Below are positions 24,198 through 37,800 of a DNA stretch of 64,000 nucleotides, piece by piece (the stretch's first letter is position 1; each line of letters starts with the position of its first letter). The DNA lies in contig NW_024704743.1 in assembly GCF_018977255.1 (NCBI RefSeq), positions 43,340,001-43,404,000 of the forward strand. Reading direction: 5' to 3'. A model generated the notes under the pieces. That model worked only from the letters and a program-made list of their open reading frames with translations. It made no database searches and had not been told where the DNA came from. The translations under genes were made by a program, and so were the position numbers. Origin of the DNA: Callorhinchus milii. Lineage: Eukaryota.

Positions 24198-27009
24198 CAA
24201 AGAGAGTGCTTTTCCACAGTGTTTCATGGATTAATAAGAACTATAAAATCCTGCAATTTTATCATGCCTTAAATCTTCGAAAAAACTCAAAGCACTTCAC
24301 AAGTAATGACTGTCTAGTGTAGTGACTGTTTTTAATGCTCTCAATTGTAGTTATAGTTTTCCTCTTTCATTGAGAGCTTTACTGAAGACCATTCGGTGAT
24401 ATATTCATTTCCTTTCAATCACTTTTAGTCCATTGTATAATTGTCGAAGGTGAGTTGTTAACAGAACTCAGGGAAAAGTCTCTTTGTTATCACTCTCCAC
24501 GTATTTGTCTCGTTGCCTTTTCTTTCACGAATTGGAAGTGTCCACAATATCCCTGACACATGCAAGTATTAGAAAAGAAGTGTTCAAGCTGAAAGTTTTT
24601 CAATAAGCTGTCAGCCTGACATCTTTCATAAAACAAAAGCATTTTTATCAGATCAAAAAGGAACAGGTAGAAAGGCTGAATTCTTTTAGTACCTGGTGTT
24701 AAAGTAAACTGATAGCTGCCCAGTTTTACTCAACAGATAAATTGCTCTATGAAAAGATATTGGGAATTTGCATGCTTGCAATTGAAGGCAACTACTCAAT
24801 GTTCCTGGGAAATTATCTGAATACTGCAGTGCAGGGTCAATAACCGAGCCCAAAACTAATATTTCTAGATGGTGAAAATTACAAACTTCTTACAATGATT
24901 CTATTCAGTAACTGTCGAGTGTAATGACTGTTTTTGTAAACAAGAGATAGAGGAACAACAACTTTATGCAGGATAGTGTTTCAGAAGAACAGACAGAAAA
25001 GGGTGGAAGGAAAAACGATTTTGGAATCTGATGGTTTGTTTGTTTATTGCCTGAGATCAAGAAGAGAAAACCTAGAAAAATGAAGGAAGTGTCAGAGATG
25101 TAACAAATGTCTGGTTATACAGATTTAACAGGAAGATGGGATTAGACTAGAAGATTTGTATGGAGAAAATCACCAACTCAGCCATGATGGCTGTATCCAT
25201 ACTATAACATTCTAAATCAAGATGAATAGGGGATGGGTAGAAATGTGGAGCTCGGTCATTGAATATTTCAGATGTAAGTGGGAGCAGGAAACAGCACCAT
25301 CACAGTTATCAATATAATGCAGAAGAAATTAGCCTAGAGCATGATTGCAGAAATAATCCCCAATTGTTATTTTTAGCTCTATCATGTAGATCCTGTTCTT
25401 AAGAAAGGCTATGCGCAGACATTTCTTGAGTAGTGTGTTAGTGTCAGCAGTTTTTCACATTAAAAATAGAATTAATGGAATAACATGTTTATGGCTTTGA
25501 GGTAGTGACCCCTTAGGAATCCGGTTGTACTTCATACTTTTGGATAGTGCTGTTGTTTCATGTAAATTAAATCATTTTCTATACCAAAAGCTTTCCACAA
25601 TTCGTAAAACTCAGGCTTGAAGATAAATGACAGCCTTGAGCTCCAGACTTCAAAGTAAGGAACCGCTTTCTTCACTGCCACAATGGGTTGAAGAGTTGGA
25701 TTTAAGTTGTTTCAGTGAATTAAGCACAGATGTTATAAATGTGAACTGAAGTCGTGATTAATCCATCTCATTTTGTTGTGGAAAAGAGATTATTTTGGCA
25801 ATATTAGAAATTGTCCAAGGCACCATATGTATTGCATTAAATAACAACTGATGCCCTGTTCTGGAATACTTGGATGTCTGTCTTTTTACTGCAGTTGTCT
25901 TATAATTCAATGTTTCACCTCCAAGTAAACAAGCAGTTGGGACCTCTGTTTAACATCTCATCTAAAGCCAGCACAGCTGACTGACAATGCAGCCTCCCCC
26001 AATGCTGGACTGGAGTGTTGGCTTGGAATATGAGATCATGTTATTCGCCTGCAAAATACAGGCGTTGCGCTTTAAGGTTTATCCTGCAAAGTACTTTGAC
26101 ACATCCTCCCAATGTGAAAGGAGTTTGTACCAAATGGAACGATTATTTACATTTATTTAAGTCCTGATGTAGTGGTTCAATCCACAATCTCTGATTCAAG
26201 AGCAAGAGTGCTATCAACTGAGGCATGCTGTGAGAAGCTTGGAAACAGAAGCACAGTAGATTAATTTGAATCATTTTCATATGTTATATATTTATATGAG
26301 ATGTAAAAAATTGATTTTATTGTATTCTGGTTCCAATGACTTTGTTTAATTACTATGATTTCTTTCAATGGGATTCACAACTGAAAATATAATTGCTTTT
26401 GTCAGTTTAAATGCAATTGTTTGATTTTTCAAAGCAAAGTTCTAGCCGTGTGATATGATGATGTTACCATCAAATATGAAAAGTATGTACAACTAATTCA
26501 TGATGGATGATACAAAGTGTTTCCTTTGATATGCCTTTGTGAGCAGTGTAGTGCAGTATTATAGTTTTTGACAGTAACCTTGTGCATAACCGATCTCTGC
26601 CTTTGTCATGCTAGGCTCATTGTTGGAGGTAAGTTGCTTCATTTGAGATGGTTGTGATTAATCCTATTGGAACTACAATCCGTTAAAATTAAGTCTACAC
26701 CCACTGTGCTGCTGAACAAACATCAGACCAGATTACACTGTAGTTTGAATTAAATGCAATTACTGTCCAAATCCATTTTTTTTTAACTGTGAGTAAGTAA
26801 GCAGTAAAAAAATATTCCAAAGGCCATCTGCCTTCACTTGACAAAGACCATATTTACCACAACCCCTGCCAGAGGAAGTAACTTATCTTTATTGTGTCCT
26901 TTGAGAATATGATGTCAGGGGAAGTGAGAGGAATACAAAGGATGATATTTTGGCTCATTGTTTGTTTGTTCATTTTTCTTTTACATGAATCTTACTTACT
27001 TAAAAATTA

Positions 27010-27461
27010 AATAATAATAATAACAATCCTTGCATTTGATATAGCACCTTATCATGACATTGAGACATCTCAAACTGCTTCACAGAATATACTGTGAAGT
27101 GGATTGATCGTATTTTGTGGTCAAAACTCAGCAGCCAGTTGCGCACAGCAATGACCCACAAACAGCCATGGAGTGAGTGACCAATTTTATTTATTTGGAT
27201 GATTGCTGGCCAGGACAGGGAGAAACTCCCTCCACTCTTTGAATAGATTCATAGGATCTTTAACATCCACCTGATCAGGCAAATGGGACCTCGGTTTAAC
27301 ATCTAATCTGAAAACGGCATCTCCGAGATTACAACACATCTGCAGCACTGCATTGGAGTATCAGCCGAGACGATGTGATTCCAAATCCCGATATGGGTAC
27401 TGAACCCGCAATCTTCTGACTTAGAGGCAAGAATGCTAGTGACTGAGCCAGGCTGATACAC
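27010..27461 (-). mobile_element. Old Deu-domain SINE, full length
   Basis: tRNA-like head (tgtatcagcctggctcagtcactagcattcttgcctctaagtcagaag), Deu body, (TTA)n tail. Confidence 0.85.
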
Positions 27462-28584
27462 ATAAATAAGTAATGTAAATAGTTTTTGGACAAGTTAACC
27501 ATTTAAATTAAATTATGTACAAGACAATCTTATACTGTAAAGCTTAACTAATAAATGATAGTGTGTTTTTAAGCAACACTGGTATCCTGAGAAATGCATT
27601 TCTAACTTTGACTTTGGCCATATGGACACCACAATCTTTATTGGGTCCTGTAAATTCCTATGTTCCTGAATGTTTCAAACATTTTGGAATTTGAGGTTTA
27701 ATTTTTCTTCCAGCTATGAACATGAGGAAGGCAGAAACATTGCAGAACTTGATAATTTATGGCTTCCTAGCACAATAACACAACATAAAATAATCTTTGC
27801 GTTTGGTAAAACACTTTTTAGATCAGGAGGACGTCTCAAAATGCTTCACAGGATTTTACTGTAAAGTGTAATGACTGTGCATGTACATTGAATGCAAAAG
27901 TTGATTTATGTTACAGACACATCAGTTCTTCATTTGGGTCACTGTGAGTGAATGAACAGATTGTTATACTTAACATATAGATTTAGAATGAATCAGTTTG
28001 AAGGAAGTCACTTCTTACCCCCTCTACTCCCTGCCCCCACCTACACACATTAATGTAAAATACACTCTGTGCAAAAACAGTTCATGTATCAATGAACCTC
28101 CCTCCCTTTAAATTATCATAGATATCTACAAATTTAAGTGAACAAATACTGCATATGGAACACAAATCCTGCTCTGCTCTGTGACGGGAAGGTTGCCAGT
28201 GGAAAAAAAGGTATATAGAAGCAGACATAAACCATTTGGCCCATTGAAATCAGGGTTAAATTTAGGGGAGGTGGGGGTAAGTTAATATTTTGTAGCTGTT
28301 GCATGATTATACAATAACAATGCAAATTTACATTTACACACTGGTTTTCGTTTTGGGAGGATGTCACAAGGCACTTGACAATCCTGCCTTGGCATCCAAA
28401 ATAGGGGTGGGAGCCGAGGGGGAGGGAGAAGGGAAAGATTACTGAAGGCATGATCCATTATCTTTGGAATCCACATAATACTTTCCCCAGAAGACAGAGT
28501 GATTGGAGTCCTTATAGGAACAGATTTTCTATGCCTGAGGACTGAGCCAGCTTGGCGTACCAAATGGTATTTTCTCATACCATT

Positions 28585-29100
28585 CTTACTCGACCCCATC
28601 TCCACTCCTCTCCTTAAATCCCAGCTCCACCTCCTTGCCCCACTACTTGCCGACATCATTAACCTCTCCCTGTCATCTGACACTGTTCCTTCCCCCTTCA
28701 AAACAGCCACTATCACCCCTACCTTGAAGAAACCTTCCCTCGACCCATCACAGCTATCCAGCTACTGGCCCATCTCAAATCTCCCCTTTTCTTTCCAAGG
28801 TCCTTGAGAGAGCCGTTGCTTTCCAGCTTCGCTCTTTCCTCTCCTCTCACTCCCTCCATGATCCCCTCCAATCGGGTTTCCATGCTGCCCACAGCACAGA
28901 AACTGCTCTGGACAAGATCACGAACGACATCCTGACTATGTGTGACCAGGGCTCCCTCTGCCTCCTTGTCCTCCTCAACCTCTCTGCCTTCCCTCAACCC
29001 TACCACCCCTTCCCCATGCTCGGGCCCTGACTGTTCAGTGCTTTGGGATGTCCTCCCGATGTGAAAGGCGCTCTATAAGTGTCATTTTGTTGTTGTTGTT
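28585..29100 (+). mobile_element. L2 RT N-terminal fragment joined to an L2 tail (large internal deletion)
   Basis: LDPISTPLLK..LAPLLADIINLSLSS..VPSPFKTATITPTLKKPSLDP..YWPISNLPF, then HSTETAL, then the tail and (TTG)n at 29030-29100. Confidence 0.88.
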
Positions 29101-30926
29101 ATGCTCTTATAATTTTAATTTTAATTTTCTTCTCAACTGCAAAAGGGAAACGGTGCCACTATTGATAGTATCAAGGTCACCTGAGGATATATCAGGTGCA
29201 TTGCAATATTCCTTATACTACCTTGACAAGGTCACTAAACTGCAGCAATAGAATAGCACACACCATCCTATATGCTCTTTGTTTCCTATTTTTCTTGTAA
29301 TCTTTCTGCATTCTCCAATCAAGCTTATGTTTGTGTTGTTAATTCTAACAAACATTTTGTGCTGTAAATGTAAACCTGCAGATAATCAGGTGATGCTGCC
29401 CAAACTAATTTTACTTATTATCCCTACTAGCCATGAGTGAAAGGAGCCTTTTATCCTGTTTGCCTGAGTTCAGTATGATCCAAGGTCCCAATGGTGAAGT
29501 ACTGTGGTAAATCACTTGTTACCTCTATTCAGAAGGCATTTACATTGCACATTTGCAATTTTAAGGAGTGAATTCAATGCTGTTACAATGAACGTATTTT
29601 AAGTCAGATAGCTTCTCCACAATATGAATTGATACAGGGCTGAATGAGTTGTAATTCTTTTGTATATAAGTACGTGCAAGAATTACTGTAATTCACAAAC
29701 GCCAATGAGGTATTCTCTTATTTCTGTTGGTGTGCAACTCCTGGGGAACTTAAAGGTAAAATTGAGAAATCTTTAGTATTATTTCACCTGCATGAATTAT
29801 TGTTTCGGGTTTTCACATCACAGAATTTGTGTGGAAGGTCAATCACACCATAGAATCTGTTAGATTCTCTATTCTGAATATCACAGTGATCTGAATTGAT
29901 GGGAGCCAATGACCCAAATAAAACTGGAATGAAAGCTCTCAGAAACAAAACAAATATGTCTGTTCAAAATTTCCAGAAAATCTCTTCTCACGTATGAGAT
30001 TGTAATTGATGATTTTATTGGAGAGGGGAGGGGAGTGTTCCTCTCCTTAGAATATAATTTATATTGTGTTTAGATAGTAATCTCATCCACTGTCTCAATG
30101 GGACAATTTGTGCAACATCACATTGACTCACATTACAGCGGCAGCTTGGAAATTATAGCAGGTGAAAGGAAATCGTGCTAAGAGGTGTTCTGCTTCAGCT
30201 TAACGTCGGTCAACTACTCGGATTTGCTATTAATTATTCAGACAGCTCATGGTTGTGAAGAGTATAATAATGGTAATTTTGGCACCTCATTCAGATAGTG
30301 CTCTGCCATTCACAATGATATATCCAGCTGTTCACAGTGCAAGAAAACAAGTTCAAGTCAAGGACATTACCTACAGACTATGCAGGATACCTAGAAATGA
30401 GAAACGTTCAAAGTCTTTGAAAAACAAAGGTTTGAAATCATTCATTTAGAATTATGGAATGAAAGAAATGACAAGTATGAACTCCATAAATATGCAAAGT
30501 GCTGTAATGTACCTATAAAGATGTAATATTTAGATATATTATTCACATGAAAGGTTTGAAAAATCTCAATGTAATATATTACAAGGAAGAGTTTCTGTCT
30601 GTTAATGTATGAAATTACCATTAATTGTTTCAATCCATGCTTAACATCCTTTGGCTCTTCTGGCAGGTTTCAAAATTAACAGTGTAATATTATTAAATTT
30701 AAAATTGTGCTTAAATAAAAAATGGTGGTGTAAAAATCCCACTGAGTGCTGTGTGACTAGAATGGGAATTCCCATCAGTGACTAATATTACCAAAGACGT
30801 TCGTGTAACGCTTAATGAATTTTCACCCATGCGTCTCATTTAACTTTAGAAATTTGGTGAATGCATGGGTGCATAATGGAATCAAGTTGATGAATTCAAC
30901 CCTTTTCCACTTAGAGCATGCATTGA

Positions 30927-31265
30927 TAATAATAATAATAGAATAATCCTTGCATTTCATATAGCGCCTTATCATGTCATTGAGGCGTTTCAAAGCGCTT
31001 TACAAAATATACTGTAAAGTGAATTGATTGTGTATTTTGTGAGTGAAACATGGCAGCCAATTGCACACAGCAGTGTCCCACAAACAGTGTGACCAAATTA
31101 TTTTTTATTTTATTTATAGGGATTATTACCTCAGAAAGCAATCTGCCAATCGACTAACAATCAGGTTCCTATTTACTACTAGATAAACAGAAGCGTATGG
31201 AGTAAGGAAACATGTCTGAAGTTTTGCCCTGCTCGGGAATTGAACCCGGGTCCTCTCACTTGCGA
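30927..31265 (-). mobile_element. tRNA-headed SINE long form
   Basis: Tail, Deu body, long internal segment and B box (gggaattgaacccgg). Confidence 0.88.
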
Positions 31266-31740
31266 AGGACTCTCTATCCAATTTGGTATTGGACTCCACT
31301 CTACAGGATGACGTTTGATGATGTTTGATGATGTTTGTCTGCAAAATACAATCACTACACTTCATAGTATATTCTGTGAAGTTCATTGAGACATCCTCCT
31401 GACAAGAAAAGTACCTTATCAAATGCAAGACCCATCCGATGTCATTCCTCCAGAACACCCACTGAATTAAACAGCTTTTTAAATGAGTCCAGTGTCCTGG
31501 CCTCTCCTGGAAACTGGGATGTTGTTGATTTCCTGCTGATAAAGCAAAACTTGCTGCAATTCTGCCCTGCAATTGCCCAAACCTTGATCTTGGTGCATCC
31601 TGTTGGTCTGATTTTACTTTTTCAAACTTAATTTAAAATTTTAATACACCTCTATTTGGTTCCCTTTAAGTCATTTTTTCTACACATAATGCCTCAAATG
31701 TATTGTGTATAAGCCCTGGAATGCATTGTGTGTAATTCCT

Positions 31741-32100
31741 GGAGTCCTGTAGTGTATTGGTTAGAGCACTCGCCTTGCAAGCGAGAGGAACTGGGTTTGA
31801 TTCCCAGGCAGGGTGAAACGTTGGGCAAGTTTTCTTACTCCGCATGCCTCTGTTTACCTAGCAGTAAGTAGGAACCTGGTTGTTAGTCGATTAACTGATC
31901 ACTTTCCGGGGATATTAATCCCTTAAAAAAAATTGGTCTCTCAATCTGCGACTGTTTGTGGGACACTGCTGTGCCCAATTGGCTGCCACATTCAGCCCAC
32001 AAAATATACAGTCAATTTGCTTAATGGTATATTCTGTGAAGCACTTTGAGACATCTTGAAGATGTGATAAGGCGCCATATCAAATGCAAGGATTATTATT
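31741..32100 (+). mobile_element. tRNA-headed SINE long form, full length
   Basis: ggagtcctgtagtgtattggttagagcactcgccttgcaagcgagagg...gcctctgtttacctagcagtaagtaggaacctgg...tail. Confidence 0.92.
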
Positions 32101-32109
32101 AATATTATT

Positions 32110-32278
32110 ATAATAATAATAAATAATAATAATAATAATCCTTGCATTTGATACAGTGCTTCTCATGTCTTCTTGAAAACGTGGTAGCCAATTGCGCACA
32201 GCAGTGTCCCACAAACAGTCACTGATTGGAAATTACCAATTTATTATTGTTTTGGGTTTTGGAGGGATTGGAGTAAGC
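32110..32278 (-). mobile_element. Headless short-form SINE with internal deletions, tail-to-tail with the 31741 copy
   Basis: Minus strand cttactccaatccctccaaaacccaaaacaataataaattgg...tcaaatgcaagg(ATT)n. Confidence 0.85.
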
Positions 32279-32326
32279 TGGTTCATCAGGCTCGAGTCTT
32301 TCCTGAGAGCATTGCACAAAGATGGC

Positions 32327-32494
32327 TTCACGGAGCACTGTCTGTTCATCAGTTGACCCAGACAGAGGTCTTTTCAATTGTTTAATGGCATAGAGATAGC
32401 CATCCAGACGCTTGACACATTTATGCACAGCACCAAACTCCCCACTTACGATTTTCTCTAGCTCATAAAATTCTGTGGCATTATATTCTCTCAA
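32327..32494 (-). pseudogene. WEE1: Wee1-family (WEE1/WEE2) kinase N-lobe fragment, non-functional; paralog not resolved
   Basis: [51 protein letters not shown] matches Wee1 [51 protein letters not shown]. The first Gly of the glycine-rich loop is Val, and similarity stops before VYAHAVLG. Confidence 0.85.
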
Positions 32495-33249
32495 GAGCCC
32501 TAGCTTGTCTAATCAATGCTGGTAACACTGGTTGCTTTCTTCTGTGCAGTCTCTGGTGCCTGGGCAGCCCTCTTATACCATGTTGACCAGAATTGTACGT
32601 ACTCTTCTGTCAGCAACTACAAAGATCAAACGTAGAAGTCATATGCCCTTACAGTTGCTTACAACTCTACTCTGTCACAAATGACCTAATACATAAACCA
32701 AAAGAAAAAAAAACTAGCTAAACCCCAAATCCTGTATTGTTTGCATAACACTACTGTTTTGCTCATGTGATTGAAAACTTTAAGACCCTCTTCACAAAAT
32801 AAATGTGAACAGAAGGTTGTATTTGAAATTACTAGCAGCTCATGTAATGCTCAGTCTCATATTTCTCAAACAGATGTAAGCAGGCAGCAAAGGGACTCAA
32901 GGTTGCAGCCTCCTGGTTGGGAGTCAAGTGCTCATCTGCTGGAGTTATTAGACTCTCCTGAAACTAGCTTTATTTCAGCAGCTGCAAAATTTGTTTAGTG
33001 TTGATCAGAGGTCAGCCGAGCTCTGTGGTTTGGGAGATTTCTTTCTTTTTGTTCAATTTGTCTTCTATCATTTTGGAAATAAAACATGTAGAGTACTTAC
33101 AATTCATGGTGCATGATTTCAGGCAAGCTATGCACATAAAGGAACAAGGAAGAATTCAAATTGCTGTAAGATATGATTTAAGTTAAACTGGTATCTTATG
33201 AAGTGACCCTGAAACTCCATGATCATCAACACCAATGGTAGTGTTGAAA

Positions 33250-33525
33250 TGTCAGGACATGCCAGGGCATGAAGGGATTTGTAGATGAGTGAGAGGATCT
33301 TGAAGTTGATTCATTCTATGATAGGAAGCTGGTGGAGCCTGGCGAGGATGGTTTGATAGGGGTCAAAGTTTAGAGCAGGTGAGTATACAAGTGGAGGGAG
33401 TTCTGAATCAATTCGATTTTGTGGATAGAGGAGCTGAGGAAACTGGCGAGGAGGGCATTCGAATAATCAAAGTGGGAGGTAACAAAAGTGTGGTGAGGGT
33501 CTCGGCTGCATTGGGTGATAGGTGT
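33250..33525 (-). mobile_element. Decayed L2 ORF2 C-terminal fragment
   Basis: Antisense of the AAETL..LLLPP.LIIRM / ILARLHQLP-type segment. Confidence 0.7.
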
Positions 33526-35261
33526 AATCCTCCCTCCCCCCCCCCCCCGACTATATCAAATGTATTACAGTCAGAGGAGGGAGAGGGGGGGAGGTTACAC
33601 CCACCACAAATCTTTACTTAATACATTGAGGATTTACTTCATCATCTCCGAGCTTTCCTCCTTTTTCATGCAAGTTCCAAATAGATCCTTGGCTAAGATT
33701 GCTAAGTTCCTTACCTCCTTCAGTCTTCCTCACATAATACACAGGCTTTACCAATGTGGTAAACATGTGAATTTTGCATTAGTATACTACTGCTATTATT
33801 AGACATAAGTGCATACAGTTCTGAAACTTTATGTCTGACTCTTACACTGGCGAAACCAATTATTTGATTTGATAGCTTGGTTTTAATGGGAGAGTGTAAA
33901 GTGAAATCTGTGTGTTTTATTGGTAACTGTGCCAGAACAACTAAAATGCCCACACAATATTCACACCAATTAGATATAATACTTAACTTCAATAAATCAA
34001 CTTATCAGTCAATATGTATAAATGATCTTTGCCACCTTGCCCTTCACCATGATCATTGCTTCCTTAACTGTAAAAAATTTAAGAACTACAGACAGGTAAT
34101 AATCTGTTGACTGAATGGAGAGACTATGTGAAAATAAATTATTTCTCTCTCTATGCTACTGACTCAGCCCATCCTCTAATCTTCACAGATTTTTCTTCTC
34201 GCAGCCTCGGAACGATCACAAATTAATTTTGTTCAACAATCCAATTGCAAATACCAATTGATTTTTCAGAAGCCATTTCACTTTATTTTCTAAATATAAT
34301 AGGCAGGTACGAGTCAGTTCAAAATTTACAGGTTCTTAAATGCCATAGTTCTGCTGTTGGAGACGACCTTTGGTGATTCCCTCCTCCTTTGGATAATTGT
34401 AATTTGTGGGTTGGTGAAGTTTGCTCCACTCTGACCTTCAAGAGCCTCTTCTACCTGTAACCACAAAGGTGTAGAGTAACAAAATTCCCAACACTTACAG
34501 CTCTCTGACCACCACAGGGAACATAATTTGCTGCAATCAAAACTCCCTTCCAAACCCAATCAACCTAATTATGTTCTAATAACTAGCTATAATGCCCTAT
34601 TATACACAACATTGTAAAATCAATTAAGGTACCTACACCTTACTACCTAGGTGTAGGTACTATATAATGTTTACCATGAAGTATATACCTTCTTGTGTAA
34701 TGTTTACCATGATGTAAGGACATACAATTTAATGTTTTGCTGAACGTTAAATTTGTATTATGCCAAGACCTGAGAAATGTAAATTTTAATGTTTCCTATG
34801 ATAGAAAAGAACAACGTCATTGCAATTACAGCCTTGCTTGTGACAGTAAAGATGGCTACAAGTCTCAAACAGGATACACACTGCTATTACAAACTATTGT
34901 TATCAACCATGTTAATGGAATGGAATTAAATGTAATTATGTATATGATAAATAAACACAGATTAGTCTTCATGTGGACACTGCATTATAAAGAAGAACTT
35001 TCCATGTTTTTTAATGATGTGAAGTCAACTTTCAAGGCTGTTAGAAATTCATTCTTCAATGAGCGATTCATTTACTTATCTTGGTGTTTATTTTTCATTC
35101 AATAGGAAAGTTATCGGCATGGAATTGATTGTTATACGATAATTCATAGAAACATAGGAAAACAAGAACAGGAGTAGGCCATTCAGTCATCAATCCTTTT
35201 CCACCAGCATATTAGTTCTTGGCAGATTATTTTTATCCCAATGCTCTGCTCTTTCACCATT

Positions 35262-35678
35262 ACAACAACAACAAGATTACATTTGTATAGTGCCTTTCAC
35301 GTTGGGAGGATGTCCCAAGGTGCTGGACAGTGTACAGCATTTCAGACTTGAGGTCTGGGGTCGGGGGGGAGAAGGGAGGGGAGGGGAAGCGGGGTGGCCG
35401 ATGGCATGGTCGAAGAGGAGGGCCTTGAGGCGGGACTTGAAGGAGGCTAAAGAGGGGGCGAGGCGGAGTGACTGGGGGATGGAATTCCAGAGGTTGGGGG
35501 CAGAGTGGCTGAAGGCTCTCCTGCCAATGGTGGGGCGGGTGGGTCGGGGGACGTGGAGCAGGCCAGAGCCGGCTGAGCGGAGGGAGTGGGCGGGTTGGTA
35601 GGGGGTTAGGAGGTCGCAGAGGTAGGGTGAGGCGAGGCCATGGAGGGCTTTATAGGTGAGGACCAGGATCTTGAACTA
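35262..35678 (-). mobile_element. L2 3' end, well preserved, inserted next to a CR1 3' end (35145-35260)
   Basis: Reverse complement highly similar to 20450-20888 and 62960-63290. (CAA)n at 35262. Confidence 0.92.
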
Positions 35679-35824
35679 AATTACCTCTTTATACATCCAC
35701 TATACAAGTATCTTGTCACTCTTTCTAAATATCCCTATTGATTCCCTCTTTACAACTTTCTGGGCCACAGCATAATACTTCATCTCTTTTGAGTTTATGG
35801 TCCAGGCTCACACTTCAGATCAGA

Positions 35825-36290
35825 TGATTGGCGCTGACGGGAGCCAATCAGGAGAGCCTCGATCTTGTTGACGTTCAACTGAAGAAAATTAGCTCTCATC
35901 CAGGATTTAATGTCCAACAGGCATTCAGTGGTCCTTGAGTCAAGGGTGGAGGCAGAGAGGTACAGTTGAGTGTCATCCGCATACATGTGGAAGTTGACCC
36001 CATGTCTGTGGATGATGTCACCAAGAGGGAGCATATAGATATTGAAGAGGAGGGGACCAAGGACAGAGTCCTGAGGAACTTTGCACGAGATGGTGCGGGG
36101 GCTAGAGGAGATGCTGTTTGTGGAGATGAAGTGGAGATGTTGTGAGAGGTACGATCTGAACTAGTCAAGGACAGAACTATGAAGGTTGAGGTGAGAGGAG
36201 AGGCAGTGGAGAAGGATAGAGTGGTCAACAGTATCGAAGGCAGCAGAGAGATTAAGAAGGACGAGGAGGCAGAGGGAGCCCTGGTCGCAA
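35825..36290 (-). mobile_element. L2 RT core fragment with internal deletions
   Basis: [24 protein letters not shown] (YADD), [22 protein letters not shown]. Confidence 0.93.
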
Positions 36291-37349
36291 TACAAATGAG
36301 AAGTGCATCTTTCCTGTGTCCTGGTCAACAATTCTCCTTATATGATATGGATCATTTATCTTATTGATGTTTGTGGGAGTTGTTGAATGTGGAATAGCTT
36401 TCATGTTTCTCTCCAAACCACTTGACAGTAATTACTGTAAGTACTTTGAGACCTTTTGAAATGATAGGACACTGTTAAAATGCAACTTCTTCCATCATTC
36501 AGGAACAGGTTGATGTAGAGTGAAATAGACCAAAACAGTTGCATTCAGATTAATTTTGCTGCATATCTAAACTACCAATATATATATTAATTCCTATTTT
36601 GCATCAATTAATTACATTTGTTATTTATGTCATGTATCCAGTCGAACATGTAAATTTTGTGTGTAACTGTAAAGTATTTCTTCTATTGGAATACATCTAG
36701 GAATTTTATTAATCCAAAATAGAAGGCCAGTTTCATAAATCAGCTTAAGGTTGTGAATTACTATTTGATAGGGAAGGGAGTGGATAGTGTGAAGTGGGAT
36801 GGGTGGGGTAACAGGGAATGAGGACTAGTAACAACACACTAAGAGAGGACTAGCTCAATTTGTAAACTACATGTTCATTCAACTTGGCTCAATTGGTCAT
36901 GCTCCAGATTGTGGGTTCAAACCCCACACCGGGGATTGAGCTCATTGTCTACTGGTAACACACAATAAAAATATAAGTTTATTTTCAACCAGGAGCATTC
37001 TTAATATCAGCCAGGCTTACCAGCAAAGCATTCAATAGAATCTCCAATGCCTTTTAAAATCACTTTCATGTTCTAAAAATAACATACTGCTTAAGTTAAT
37101 TTCCATTATTGTACAATTATAAAATTCCTCCCTCCATTCATAATTTGTCACACTTTTGCTACACAAGTCAATTAATGATCTTAATTGACTTGCGTCTTAA
37201 TTTAATAGTTCAGCATCACTGAAGGTGGGAAGCGAAATAATTTGCATGTGATTATTGATCCTTCACTGAAGATTTCTAGTCAATCTAAAGCTACTGCCAA
37301 CAATTTAATAAAATACTGGGTTGTATATCAAAATAAGTTATATTCTAAG

Positions 37350-37800
37350 GAGGGTAAGGGGTGACCTGTTAGTGGTATTTAAAATGATGATTTTGATAGG
37401 GTAGACATAGGGGAGATGTTTCCACTTGTGGAGGAGACCAAAACCAGGGGCCATCAATATAAAATAGTCACAAATAGATCAAATAGGGAAGTTAGAAGAA
37501 AGTTCTTCACACCAAGAGTAATGGGAATTTGAAACATACTACCACAAGGTGTTATTGAGGCAAAGATGTATTTAAGAGAAGCTAGATAGGTACATGAGGG
37601 AGAAAGGAATAGAAGGTTATGCTTGAAGGCTTAGTTGAGGAAGGGCAGGAGGAGACTCATGTGGAGCATAAACACCGGCATAGACCAGTTGGGCTCAATG
37701 GGCTGTTTCTGTGCTGTATATTTTAATGTATTCTAATCTTTATAGATCGCTGAAGAGGCCACATTTTGAATATAGAATATGTTTTTTGCACTCTACCTTC
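37350..37800 (+). mobile_element. CR1 3' end plus a short internal CR1 piece
   Basis: RGDL..VFKM..FDRVD...GETKTRGHQYK...FFTPRV, 3' UTR ending gtttctgtgctgtata. Then LYRSLKRPHFEY. Confidence 0.85.

Noticed and set aside
32280..32352. Additional hammerhead cores (CTGATGA on the minus strand; also 7330 and 43972)
   Set aside because: No stem II followed by GAAA at a suitable distance.
32219..32494. Functional WEE1/WEE2 exon
   Set aside because: Glycine-loop substitution, abrupt loss of homology, no credible splice sites at the homology ends, runs into a SINE, and no other exons nearby.
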